A stretch of 64,000 nt of DNA from an uncultured Verrucomicrobiae bacterium. GTDB taxonomy: Bacteria > Verrucomicrobiota > Verrucomicrobiia > Chthoniobacterales > UBA10450. The number at the start of each line of letters is the position of its first letter. The stretch's first letter is position 1. Positions 29,624-39,266 of the stretch are shown piece by piece. The translations under genes were made by a program, and so were the position numbers. A model generated the notes under the pieces. That model saw only the letters and a program-made list of their open reading frames with translations, was not told where the DNA came from and ran no database searches. The stretch spans positions 128,001 to 192,000 of the forward strand of contig CAVTMK010000003.1 in NCBI GenBank assembly GCA_963735805.1, given 5' to 3'.

Positions 29624-31438
29624 TCAGATTTTGCGACCGAATTTCTTCTCCAACTCGACAAGCGAAATCTGGATCATGGTAGGCCGTCCGTGCGGACAGC
29701 AATAAGGCAGATCACAGTCGAGCAAATCGCGAATCAAGTTCTCTATCTCGGGGTAACGCAGCGGATCATTGGCCTTAACTGCGTGCCGACACACTGTTTT
29801 TGCGATCATTTCCTCGCCCAAGCGCATTGGTGACGTGCTGTTGCCGGCGCTCTTCAGGTCGTCAATCACTTTGCGCATGAACTGCGCCGGATCTGAGACG
29901 TTCAAGAAAGAAGGGAGACTATCGATCTTAAACGTGCCTGGCCCGAAGCTTTCAATCCCGATCCCCATTTTTTGCAGAACAGATACATTGCGCTCGATCC
30001 AATCGGCGTCGCGCGGTGGCACATCAAACGTTTGCGGCAGCAAAAGCTTTTGTGTCGGGACTCCCTGCTCTTCCATTCTTCCTCGCAATTCTTCAAAGAG
30101 AATTCGCTCGTGCGCGGCATGCTGGTCAACGAGAACCAGTCCATCAGCGTTTTCCATCAACACATAAAGCTTGCTTAACACACCGATGATTTGAAACTGC
30201 TGCTGGGCAGTATCGCCTTTATCCGCGGTTCGCGATCGCTCTTTATCTGGCTTGATAACTCTGCCAGGGTCAACGATCCCGGCCACAGTCGCGACCCCGG
30301 CCGCAACGGAAGCCAGGTGTGGCAACTCGCGATGGGTCTCCTGTGGAGCTGCTATCTCGGACCGCAACTTAAGGTCGGGGGCCAGTTTTCCTCCAACAGC
30401 TGTGGGCGCAACTTGAGGTGCGTGAAATTTTTCCTGCCAGGCCAACCGACCTCGTTCCAGGGTTTGCTGAATAGAATGAACGATCGCTTCCCTCACTGCG
30501 GTTGGATCGCGAAAACGCACTTCGCGTTTTGCCGGGTGAACATTTACATCAACAGCAGCGGGATCGAGTTCCAGAAAGAGAAACGTAACCGGATACTGCC
30601 CCTTCATTAAAGCCGTATGATAACCCTCTCGGATTGCTGCTGTGAGTAGTCCGCTTTCAATGGCACGGCCGTTTACGAAAACGAGCTGTTGCGCCCTGGT
30701 TTGTCGACTCAGGCCTGCCTGCCCGATAAGCCCGCCTACCTGAATGTTACTCGAAGAAGCCGAGTTTACCTCGACCAGTTTCTCTAAAAGCTCAATACCG
30801 TACAGATCGCGGATTCGATCGCTTAACGTTACAGCAGCCGGTAACTGAAATAACATACGATCGTCTCGCAATAACGAAAAACCAATCGAAGGATGGCTGA
30901 TTCCCTGCAAGTGAATCTGATGTTCGATGTTACGGGTTTCGGTATTCTCGGAGCGAAGAAATTTTCGGCGCGCTGGCAAGTTATAAAAAAGTGAGCGCAC
31001 CTCAATTTGCGTGCCAGGCGGTTCGCCGCCGTCGCGCACGATGTCGATCTTACCGCCGTTGACGACGATCTCGGTTCCTGCAACGGCGCCGGCCTCTCGG
31101 GTGGTTAGGCGAAACCGCGATACACTTGCAATGCTGGGCAACGCTTCCCCACGAAATCCTAGTGTGGTCACAGCTTGCAAATCGGCAGCCGACCGAATCT
31201 TGCTCGTGGCATGTCGCTCCAGCGACAGCAACGCGTCGTCGCGATCCATACCGCAGCCGTCATCGATCACCCGGACCAGCGAAATGCCTCCGCGACGAAT
31301 CACGATCTCGATTTTGCGGGCACCGGCATCGATGCTGTTTTCGACCAATTCCTTTACCACTGACGCCGGGCGCTCTACCACTTCTCCGGCGGCGACCTGG
31401 CTGGCAACGGTCTCTGGCAACAATCGGATCCGGCTCAT
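29624..31438 (-). CDS. mutL: DNA mismatch repair endonuclease MutL
   Basis: AAGEVVERP, GFRGEAL, DQHAAHERI, CPHGRP. Confidence 0.97.
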   Translation of the reverse strand: MSRIRLLPETVASQVAAGEVVERPASVVKELVENSIDAGARKIEIVIRRGGISLVRVIDDGCGMDRDDALLSLERHATSKIRSAADLQAVTTLGFRGEALPSIASVSRFRLTTREAGAVAGTEIVVNGGKIDIVRDGGEPPGTQIEVRSLFYNLPARRKFLRSENTETRNIEHQIHLQGISHPSIGFSLLRDDRMLFQLPAAVTLSDRIRDLYGIELLEKLVEVNSASSSNIQVGGLIGQAGLSRQTRAQQLVFVNGRAIESGLLTAAIREGYHTALMKGQYPVTFLFLELDPAAVDVNVHPAKREVRFRDPTAVREAIVHSIQQTLERGRLAWQEKFHAPQVAPTAVGGKLAPDLKLRSEIAAPQETHRELPHLASVAAGVATVAGIVDPGRVIKPDKERSRTADKGDTAQQQFQIIGVLSKLYVLMENADGLVLVDQHAAHERILFEELRGRMEEQGVPTQKLLLPQTFDVPPRDADWIERNVSVLQKMGIGIESFGPGTFKIDSLPSFLNVSDPAQFMRKVIDDLKSAGNSTSPMRLGEEMIAKTVCRHAVKANDPLRYPEIENLIRDLLDCDLPYCCPHGRPTMIQISLVELEKKFGRKI

Positions 31439-31508
31439 TTTCTATCTTGAATTGTAGATTCCAGATCGCCAATTGCGAAGAAAAACGGTGAGCGGCACCG
31501 AACGTTGT

Positions 31509-31576
31509 TGTAGCCGCTTCGCTATATCAAGGAGTTTAGGAATTGAAAAGCGCGGCGGCGCAGCGCACTGCTACAA
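31509..31576. repeat. Degenerate GTAG-type REP doublet
   Basis: TGTAGCCGCTTCGCT ... GGCGGCGCAGCGCACTGCTACAA, same layout as 6369-6439. Confidence 0.55.
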
Positions 31577-31644
31577 CGTCGTTGTGAACAACGGCGTCCG
31601 CCGGTTTTTGACTTGGTTACGCTGCAGCCGTATTTTCGTGCAGA

Positions 31645-31980
31645 ATGATTAATGTCACAGATAACGCTGTTCGACAGCTCCAGAGTCTGCTTCCGGCGCA
31701 AGAAGAAAGTCCGCGAAAAGGTCTCCGGGTGCAGGTTGCCAAAGGCGGTTGTTCTGGCCTGCATTACGAGATGACTCTCGACCAGAAGCAAGATGGCGAT
31801 ACCGTAGTGGAGCGTGACGGCATGCAGTTTTTTATCGACGGCGAAAGCGTTCCGTACCTGCAGGGCGCGACCCTGGATTTTAGCGGCGGTTTGACTGGGA
31901 CAGGTTTTCGGGTCGTTAATCCGAACGCATCGCGCACGTGTGGATGCGGTTCGTCGTTTGAAACGACACAATCAGCTTGA
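31645..31980 (+). CDS. Fe-S cluster assembly accessory protein (IscA/ErpA/HesB)
   Basis: GGCSG and NPNA..TCGCGSSF. Confidence 0.93.
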   Translation: MINVTDNAVRQLQSLLPAQEESPRKGLRVQVAKGGCSGLHYEMTLDQKQDGDTVVERDGMQFFIDGESVPYLQGATLDFSGGLTGTGFRVVNPNASRTCGCGSSFETTQSA

Positions 31981-32008
31981 AATTGGGTAATCTTTTCGCG
32001 CTGGCCTG

Positions 32009-33643
32009 ATGGACTACGGCTTTTATCCATATGACGAGCCGTACGCGCGTCCAAGACGACGCACTAATTATTTTCTATGGACCGTTGCCATTTTGCTTCT
32101 GACTGGGTTCGCGTTGGCCGCGTGGCTGGGCACTTTTTACATTTTCAATCAACCGGAACGCCCTGACAGCTACCGGATTCTGCAAAGGCTGCACAAGATC
32201 GAGGCACCGAAGCGCTTTGAGCTAACCGCGGCTCCGGCAGGCGAATTTCTAAACCCGCAGCAACTTTACGAGCGTTATTCGGGACTGGGCAACGCTGAGC
32301 TCGCCAGAGCGAATGCTGAGCTGGCGCGCAATTATATTCGGAATTACCAACAGGTGCGCGGCCTGGTTCCTTATATCGTAGGCAGATACAGAATCGTTGC
32401 GGCAAGAGAGCTAGGACCGGGCGATGTGTTTACCTCTGGGATGGTGGCGTTAACCAATGCGGTCGATAACGGCGAACTACTCATGGAACATCTTTACCCG
32501 GCAAATCCGGAGGCACTGCCACTGATGAAACAGACGCTTAATGTTGGCTTGGAACTCAAACTGGAGCGTTCACACGACATTTCTGCGGTGCTTCACGCCG
32601 AGCGATTGGCCGACGGCCGAATCATGATCACTGCTGTGCCATTGCTTTACGGTAGCTATACCGTCACGCGTGGCCTTGGTACGTTTCGCCTGGAGCCGCC
32701 GCTCAGTCTCAACCTCGCTGCAGGCTGGCCATTGTTTAAGGCGTCTGAACGCAGTGCAATTGAACAGCACTACGCAGAGTACCAGCAAAAGACGGCCGTG
32801 GCCCGGGGGGGACCGATTTCCATACCTGGCTTCAGCCCCAGCGTGTCGCCTCCGCCTGCTGCGAATCAATTGGTCCGCATCGAGCAGGCGATTCCCATTG
32901 GAAAACCGCCGACTGCGCCAGTGATAGCAAAGAACGAAACACTTGCTAAGCAAACGCCGGCGCCGAAAGGCAGAAGATGGGGCAAGAAACAAAAGCTGGA
33001 GTCTCCATCTCCGGTGTCGACTCCAGCGCAGCCAGTGGTTGCGCAGAAGCCAACTGTGCCAACGTCCACTCCTTTCACGCTTGCGTCCGCAGCGACGCGG
33101 CCAGGCGTTCCTGTGACTAACCCAGCGCCAGCTGTGAACACGTCCAACGTTCCAGCTCCAACTGTCGCCCAGGCCCCATCTGTTTCAACGCCAACACCGG
33201 TACCAGTTCTGCCAGCTCAGGCCGTTCCACCAGACGCCTCCAACGTAGCGTTAGCCTCAAACGCGGGCGGTGGAAGTTGGAAGACTTTTGCGCCGGGCAA
33301 AATGCCTCTTGGCCGGCTCATAGGGACAAGCGATCTGCGTGATGTTGCTGACCACGGGCTTGCCGGTGAACGCGTTTATTTGAAGGGACAATTCGTCGTG
33401 AATTTTTCCGATGCCAACAAGGCAGTTCTGCGTCCTCGCACGAAGTTGACTGACAAGGTGCTGCATTTCGGTGGAGGTTCTTCTACACGTATCATTGTGG
33501 AATTTCCGGCCGGCTATGTACCTCCGCACCAGGGCGCCGAAGTAAGCCGCGATGAGATGCGTCCCTACGAAATCACCGAAGTGCGCAAACAGGGAGACGG
33601 ACAGCTTAACGTTTTTGTGCGCGAGATCATGCAGCCGAAGTAG
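32009..33643 (+). CDS. Membrane-anchored hypothetical protein with Pro-rich linker
   Basis: 544 aa, N-terminal TM, P/A/T-rich stretch. Confidence 0.8.
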   Translation: MDYGFYPYDEPYARPRRRTNYFLWTVAILLLTGFALAAWLGTFYIFNQPERPDSYRILQRLHKIEAPKRFELTAAPAGEFLNPQQLYERYSGLGNAELARANAELARNYIRNYQQVRGLVPYIVGRYRIVAARELGPGDVFTSGMVALTNAVDNGELLMEHLYPANPEALPLMKQTLNVGLELKLERSHDISAVLHAERLADGRIMITAVPLLYGSYTVTRGLGTFRLEPPLSLNLAAGWPLFKASERSAIEQHYAEYQQKTAVARGGPISIPGFSPSVSPPPAANQLVRIEQAIPIGKPPTAPVIAKNETLAKQTPAPKGRRWGKKQKLESPSPVSTPAQPVVAQKPTVPTSTPFTLASAATRPGVPVTNPAPAVNTSNVPAPTVAQAPSVSTPTPVPVLPAQAVPPDASNVALASNAGGGSWKTFAPGKMPLGRLIGTSDLRDVADHGLAGERVYLKGQFVVNFSDANKAVLRPRTKLTDKVLHFGGGSSTRIIVEFPAGYVPPHQGAEVSRDEMRPYEITEVRKQGDGQLNVFVREIMQPK

Positions 33644-33712
33644 TCGATTGCACTGCGGCTAATTGAATGACCGACGGGCCGTCCTGACATTGGCGCGCCA
33701 TGTTAATACTAT

Positions 33713-34384
33713 TTACTCGCTGCGAGATCTTAACACTAACTTGCCATCGCGGATCGCGATCGTGCCGACGCCGGAGTCGTTCCGATATTCAGCGAGATAA
33801 TCTCGCAACCGCTTCGACCGATATTTCCAGTTTAGTAGATCGGTCGGAACGGGCTCGCCATTTACGGTGATGCCTCCAAGCTTGGGATTCTCCAGTGCTT
33901 CCGCGCCTTGTGGTTGCGCTGTGATGTCGCCATTAAAATAATAACTTGAGCGGCCGATAAATTCTCCAAGCGGTACACTCGCCTGGCAACGCAATCGATC
34001 CCCGTCAATCGAGACAAAGACTTTACCGCGCACGTCCTGGTTAGTGGTAATCAAGGTGTTAACCTCGTCCGCTGTCAGCTCGAGTTCGGCGGGTTGACCC
34101 GCCCGGGTTTTTTGCTCGAAATCCTCGCATCGCTCGTGGACGGATTGGATTTGCGCGTCGGAAGCCGTGAATTGAGGTATTGGCACCGGCGTTTGACCAA
34201 TAGCTTGCGCTTTTGCCAGCCAATAAAGACCATGGATAACTGCAGAGTTCCGGTGAAAGCCCCAATACATCCCAGCTAAACAAGCGATTGCCAGCACAAC
34301 TGCAAATACACCAAGGATAAGACAGCCTCGGGCGAAACATCCCAGTCCTCTTCTTGGTGGCGGCGCGTCAACCCAACCGTTCAT
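33713..34384 (-). CDS. Membrane-anchored hypothetical protein
   Basis: GCFARGCL followed by a TM helix. Confidence 0.75.
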   Translation of the reverse strand: MNGWVDAPPPRRGLGCFARGCLILGVFAVVLAIACLAGMYWGFHRNSAVIHGLYWLAKAQAIGQTPVPIPQFTASDAQIQSVHERCEDFEQKTRAGQPAELELTADEVNTLITTNQDVRGKVFVSIDGDRLRCQASVPLGEFIGRSSYYFNGDITAQPQGAEALENPKLGGITVNGEPVPTDLLNWKYRSKRLRDYLAEYRNDSGVGTIAIRDGKLVLRSRSE

Positions 34385-34386
34385 AC

Positions 34387-34428
34387 AGGGTGATTAGTGA
34401 TGAGTGGCGAGTGACTAGTGATAAGTGA
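34387..34428 (+). repeat. Orphan heptamer tandem array (NNAGTGA)
   Basis: AGGGTGA TTAGTGA TGAGTGG CGAGTGA CTAGTGA TAAGTGA. Confidence 0.85.
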
Positions 34429-34475
34429 ATCCAATGGATGGTCACAAGTGGAATTTATCAATCGCGGAACATGGA

Positions 34476-34991
34476 TCACGATTGCCCCATTTTCGCCTGC
34501 GCTTCCATCAACTTGTCGTAAAGCGCGCGTAACCCCTCACCAAGAATACGCGTTCCGGCGAGGATCGGCATAAAGTTCGTGTCACCGCTCCACCGCGGGA
34601 CGATGTGAATATGCAGATGATCAACCACACCTGCCCCTGCGCATTCGCCAAGGTTCAATCCAATGTTAAACCCCTTCGCTTTTGTCGCCGCGCGTAAAAG
34701 CGTCTGTGCGTGCACGACCAAGTTCCACAGCTCCACAATCTCATTCTCTCCCAGGGCCGAAAGATCCGCGGCTTTGCGATATGGCACCGCCATCAGATGA
34801 CCGACCGCGTATGGATAACGGTTCATCATCAGGAACGCATTTTTTCGCCGTGTGATCACCAGGTGTGGCGCGTCATCACTCGCCTGCGCCGCCGCGGAAA
34901 GAAAACTCAAGTCGCGCGGTTCCTTCTCGAAATACTCCACTCGCCACGGCGCCCAGAGCGTCTCTAATTCTTTCTTTGGAAATTCGGACAT
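34476..34991 (-). CDS. HIT family hydrolase (Ap4A phosphorylase-like)
   Basis: LWAPWR, NRYPY, HLHIHIVPRW.GD.NF. Confidence 0.92.
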   Translation of the reverse strand: MSEFPKKELETLWAPWRVEYFEKEPRDLSFLSAAAQASDDAPHLVITRRKNAFLMMNRYPYAVGHLMAVPYRKAADLSALGENEIVELWNLVVHAQTLLRAATKAKGFNIGLNLGECAGAGVVDHLHIHIVPRWSGDTNFMPILAGTRILGEGLRALYDKLMEAQAKMGQS

Positions 34992-35067
34992 TTCAGCCCG
35001 TATCTTACATGACTACTGAAACAAAACGCGATGCAAAATTGTCGTATCCGTGTTCGCCCACAGGCGT

Positions 35068-35092
35068 TGTAGCCGAAGTCGCTGACCTCGAC
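35068..35092 (+). repeat. GTAG-type REP, intergenic copy of the family also found inside mutL and the ArnT-like gene
   Basis: TGTAGCCGAAGTCGCTGACCTCGAC. Confidence 0.55.
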
Positions 35093-35175
35093 GGGTCGCG
35101 GCGGCGATTCATTTTCCCGCGGTTTATTCAAGTCTGGATTTAAATCGCAAACCGAATTAGAAGAACGGTATATCC

Positions 35176-35625
35176 ATGAGATCTTGTTCATTACTCGTCG
35201 GATTATTTATGATTGGCTCACTCATGGCGGCAGACGAAGATAAGGGCGAGATCAGCAAGGATCTTATGGCGTTACAAGGAACGTGGAGATTGGTAGCCGG
35301 AGAAATCGGCGGCCGGAAGATGACCGCAGAGGAACTCAAGGAATCAAAGCTGGTTTTCCAAGGGGATCGCTATACGGTCCGCCGCGGGAACGGGCCGACA
35401 GTCACAGGCTCCGCTGTAATAAACTCGACCAAACACCCTAACACCATCGACATCACTGACGCCGACGGTCCATACAAGGGCGAGACGCTACTGGGGATCT
35501 ACGCACTCAACGACGACGAATTTACGGAGTGCTTCTCATCTCCGGGGGAAGCGCGGCCGGCGAATTTCGCCACAAAGACAGGAACCACCCAGTTCCTTCA
35601 CGTCTGGAAACACGTGAAGGACTAG
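35176..35625 (+). CDS. TIGR03067 domain protein, secreted
   Basis: LQGTW, P.TIDI, LGIY.L.DD..T.CF, RP..F. Confidence 0.85.
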   Translation: MRSCSLLVGLFMIGSLMAADEDKGEISKDLMALQGTWRLVAGEIGGRKMTAEELKESKLVFQGDRYTVRRGNGPTVTGSAVINSTKHPNTIDITDADGPYKGETLLGIYALNDDEFTECFSSPGEARPANFATKTGTTQFLHVWKHVKD

Positions 35626-35746
35626 GCCTCTCTGTCCTTAGCCAAAACGGGACCCAAGTAGACGACCTGCGCAAGTTTTCCGTAGCATCGAATGACATTG
35701 ACGGCACACCCACGTTCGCGGAAGACCCTGCAATTATTGGCGCGAG

Positions 35747-36166
35747 ATGAAGAGCGCGACGTTCGCGATCAAAGCCGAGGTTAGCGATCCGCGGGCGCAG
35801 ACTTTCGCGTTCAGCGCGCAGAAGACGATGTATGGCGGCAAGCAAATCGGCAAAGGCGATACTATCTTCGTCTTCGCGAGTGAGAACGAAGGTGGCCCCG
35901 GTCTCATCGCCAGCGGCGTCGTTACCTCAACCACAGCGATTGCAAAAAAGCCCGGGATCACCCGGCAAACGCCGCGAGTGAGCATTACCATCAGACGCAC
36001 CGCGCGCGCGAAGCGGCCCTTGGGACGGAGCGACCTCAAACCTTTTACCGACTGGACCGACGGTCGACCCGAGACCGAGCTCAATTTCAAATTTTATCGT
36101 CAGGCAACGAACAAGATTGTCGGCATCTCGGATGAAACGGCCGCATTCCTCCGCGGATTCTTTTGA
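35747..36166 (+). CDS. Hypothetical protein, possibly PUA/EVE-like fold
   Basis: GDTIFVFASE...GLIASGVV pattern. Confidence 0.65.
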   Translation: MKSATFAIKAEVSDPRAQTFAFSAQKTMYGGKQIGKGDTIFVFASENEGGPGLIASGVVTSTTAIAKKPGITRQTPRVSITIRRTARAKRPLGRSDLKPFTDWTDGRPETELNFKFYRQATNKIVGISDETAAFLRGFF

Positions 36167-36864
36167 GGACGGCAGATTTCTACATGTCGAAAGTCGCCTA
36201 TGAAACGCGAATAGCGGAGCGCTTTGCTAACTGGTTGTCAGGTCACACCGGGCGACTGCACACCGTGAGGTGCGGGCCGAATCCCCCTGATTTTCTACTC
36301 TCCTCGGGAACATGGCTCGAACTGACTGATATTTATCTCAGCAACGAAGAGGCAAAATTTGAGAACTCACATTGGGAAAAAACGTTCAGTTTCAATTGCT
36401 CGCCAAACGAGCCGGCTCTCAGGCTATTGCAAAAGCTTAATCAGAAGCTGGCTAAGACAAGCTATCGAGAAATCTACGAGCGAAAAGGTCGAGGCATTCT
36501 CTTATTGACCTGCCAAGATTCATTCTTTGACGAGGTGAATCTGGCTCACGTTCACCAAGCTTTAGAGTCATTTCTTCCGACATCTGATCAAGGTTTTTTC
36601 AAGATTGCTTATTTCGAATATGGGTTGGATGGACGCCGATTTTATGACCCTATTTACCCCACGCGGCTTACGGTGAGCCCGTTGGGAGAAATTCCTGCAC
36701 GATCAGGAATGGATTCAAATCAAGAAGAAGACAGGCGAAATGAACGGCCCCCTCGTCGGAGAAATCCAGGATCGCACCTTGTATCTCACAGATTATTCAC
36801 CGCGCCAGATATTAGCAAAATGAGGCGGATCGTCGCATCGCCAGCGCTCGATCGAGCCCGTTAA
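36163..36864 (+). CDS. Hypothetical protein (weak PD-(D/E)xK-like motif)
   Basis: PPDFLL...WLELT; start TTG 36163 or ATG 36184. Confidence 0.55.
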   Translation: MRTADFYMSKVAYETRIAERFANWLSGHTGRLHTVRCGPNPPDFLLSSGTWLELTDIYLSNEEAKFENSHWEKTFSFNCSPNEPALRLLQKLNQKLAKTSYREIYERKGRGILLLTCQDSFFDEVNLAHVHQALESFLPTSDQGFFKIAYFEYGLDGRRFYDPIYPTRLTVSPLGEIPARSGMDSNQEEDRRNERPPRRRNPGSHLVSHRLFTAPDISKMRRIVASPALDRAR

Positions 36865-36911
36865 AACTGCGCACGAAAAATATTTGAAAAAAAGCACTTG
36901 CATCTGATCTG

Positions 36912-36933
36912 GTGTTATAGTTAACTATATCAC
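36912..36933. promoter_or_regulatory. Palindromic operator, likely for the adjacent GntR/YtrA repressor
   Basis: GTGTTATAGTTAACTATATCAC (20/22 palindromic), just after TTGCAT at 36898, upstream of gntR. Confidence 0.75.
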
Positions 36934-36994
36934 TATATGAGACAGGTCAGCAATCAGCGGGAGCACGCGTGGTCGCGGGCGTTTGGAGCACAGG

Positions 36995-37375
36995 ATGAAT
37001 CGTGAATGGAATGACAATCAGCCAATTTATCGACAGCTTCGTGACCGTGTCGTCCATATGATACTCGATGGCGTGCTCAAAGAAGGCGACCCCCTACCCT
37101 CGGTCCGCAATGTCGCCGCCGAATATCGCGTCAATCCGCTGACTGTGCTCAAGGCTTATCAGGAATTGGTTGATGAGCAGTTGGTCGAAAAGCGCCGCGG
37201 TCTCGGCATGTTTGTCAAAGAAGGCGCTCACAAACCACTGCTGCAGGGCGAACGCGAGAAATTTCTTTCCGAACATTGGCCCAGAGTTCACGCAACCATT
37301 CAACGGCTCGGTCTTAAACCCAAAGAGTTGCTCGATGCCGCGGCCCGCAGTTCAAATAAAAAGGAGGATCGCTAA
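36995..37375 (+). CDS. GntR family (YtrA subfamily) regulator
   Basis: PIYRQL, LPSVR..A....VNPLTV.KAY, RRGLGMFV; short C-terminus. Confidence 0.93.
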   Translation: MNREWNDNQPIYRQLRDRVVHMILDGVLKEGDPLPSVRNVAAEYRVNPLTVLKAYQELVDEQLVEKRRGLGMFVKEGAHKPLLQGEREKFLSEHWPRVHATIQRLGLKPKELLDAAARSSNKKEDR

Positions 37376-37379
37376 GGCT

Positions 37380-38285
37380 ATGGCAACCATAGAAGCGCGA
37401 GGGCTCCGCAAGGTGTTCGGTACAACTGTGGCGCTCGATGGCATCGACCTTCATGTCGAACAAGGGCGCATCCTTGGAATGATCGGTCCCAACGGCGCCG
37501 GCAAGACCACAGCGCTCAATGCAATTCTTGGCCTCACTTCGTATGAGGGAACATTGAAAGTCCTTGGTCGTGACCCGTGGGCAGAGCGCGATCAGCTAAT
37601 GCGGGATGTTTCCTTTATTGCGGATGTTGCAGTGCTGCCGCGCTGGGCACGCGTTTCGCAGCTACTTGACTACATCGCCGGCGTGCATCCGCGATTCGAT
37701 CGTGCCAAAGCTGAGACTTTTCTTGCTAAGACCTCCATCAAGCGCACCAGCAGGGTAAGACAACTATCAAAGGGCATGGTGGCTCAGTTGCATCTCGCGG
37801 TAGTGATGGCAATCGACGCGAAATTGCTGGTGCTCGATGAACCGACGCTTGGCCTGGACATTCTTTATCGCAAACAGTTCTACGACTCGCTTCTGAACGA
37901 TTACTTCGATCATAGCCGGACCATCGTGATAACGACGCATCAGGTGGAAGAAGTTCAGGACGTACTCACCGATCTCATGTTTATCAACCGCGGTCGGATC
38001 GTTCTCGAATGCAGCATGGAGGAATTCGAGTCGCGTTATGTGGAAGTGATGGTGAACCCTGATTACATCGCCGCAGCGCGCGCGCTCAAGCCGATTCACG
38101 AGCGCCCTCTCTTCGGCCGCAGCGTCCTGCTGTTCGATCGTGTAAACCGCGACCAACTGGCAGTCTTCGGCGAAATGCGCAGGCCAAGCGTCGCCGACCT
38201 TTTTGTGGCGGTTATGAGCAATAGCACCGGCGAAACGCCCCCGCCATTACCTAAGTCTACAGTAACCGCACCAGGGAGGAGCTAA
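37380..38285 (+). CDS. ABC transporter ATP-binding protein
   Basis: GPNGAGKT, LSKGM, LDEPT, H-loop. Confidence 0.93.
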   Translation: MATIEARGLRKVFGTTVALDGIDLHVEQGRILGMIGPNGAGKTTALNAILGLTSYEGTLKVLGRDPWAERDQLMRDVSFIADVAVLPRWARVSQLLDYIAGVHPRFDRAKAETFLAKTSIKRTSRVRQLSKGMVAQLHLAVVMAIDAKLLVLDEPTLGLDILYRKQFYDSLLNDYFDHSRTIVITTHQVEEVQDVLTDLMFINRGRIVLECSMEEFESRYVEVMVNPDYIAAARALKPIHERPLFGRSVLLFDRVNRDQLAVFGEMRRPSVADLFVAVMSNSTGETPPPLPKSTVTAPGRS

Positions 38286-38290
38286 ACTAG

Positions 38291-39217
38291 ATGAATACTT
38301 CATCGGATAACACGCGTGAGTCTGCCGAAGCCAGCAAACCCGGCTCCGATGTCGTTGCGACTCGACCGTTGTATTGGTCGGTCCGACGCGAATTATGGGA
38401 GAACCGTTCAATCTACGTTGCGCCACTGATTGTCGCCTTGTTCGTGCTGTTCGGCTTTCTGGTCAGCACGATTGGTATGGCACACCGCAGGGAGGCCGTA
38501 CTGTCCCTCGACCCCGCACACCAGCGAGCTGTTATAGGAGTGCCATACGACGTGGCCGCGATGATGTTAATCTTTACCGCGTTCATCGTCGGCGTGTTCT
38601 ACTGCCTCGACGCGCTGCACAGCGAACGCCGAGATCGCAGCATTCTGTTCTGGAAGTCGTTACCAGTTTCGGACCTTACCACCGTTCTCTCGAAGGCAAG
38701 CGTTCCATTTGTGATCCTCCCGGTGATCATTTTCGCCACGATTGTTATTGTGCAGTTTCTGATGCTGCTGTGGAGCAGCGCAGTCCTGCTATCGAGCGGT
38801 CTGGCCGGGACGACATGGACACGTTTCAACCTGTTCCAACAATCGTTGATACTCGTCTACAGCCTGGTTGTCATCGTGCTCTGGCATGCGCCCATTTACG
38901 GGTGGGCACTGCTGATTTCCGGATGGGCGAGGCGCGCAACGTTTCTCTGGGCGGTGTTGCCGTTCCTTGCGATCGGTGTTCTCGAGAAGGTTGCTTTCGA
39001 CACTTCGCATTTCGCATCGATGCTGAAAAATCGCGTATTCGGAGCCGGTGACACGGCTTTCGCCTTCCAGCCACATCGCGGCATCGCAATCGATTCACTG
39101 GCTCAACTCACACCCGGGCGATATTTGGCCACGCCGGGTCTCTGGATCGGACTGGCGTTCGCTGCCGCATTTGTGGCGATAGCAGTGCGACAACGCCGCT
39201 ATCGAGGACCTATTTGA
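38291..39217 (+). CDS. ABC-2 type permease
   Basis: RRELWENRS, ERRDRSILFWKSLPVSD, multiple TMs. Confidence 0.88.
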   Translation: MNTSSDNTRESAEASKPGSDVVATRPLYWSVRRELWENRSIYVAPLIVALFVLFGFLVSTIGMAHRREAVLSLDPAHQRAVIGVPYDVAAMMLIFTAFIVGVFYCLDALHSERRDRSILFWKSLPVSDLTTVLSKASVPFVILPVIIFATIVIVQFLMLLWSSAVLLSSGLAGTTWTRFNLFQQSLILVYSLVVIVLWHAPIYGWALLISGWARRATFLWAVLPFLAIGVLEKVAFDTSHFASMLKNRVFGAGDTAFAFQPHRGIAIDSLAQLTPGRYLATPGLWIGLAFAAAFVAIAVRQRRYRGPI

Positions 39218-39266
39218 TTCGAATGACGGGTGACAAAATAACGCCGACATAACCGCATAACCAGCC

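Noticed and set aside
32800..33260. Repetitive-looking DNA in the 544-aa gene
   Set aside because: Explained by a Pro/Ala/Thr-rich protein linker.
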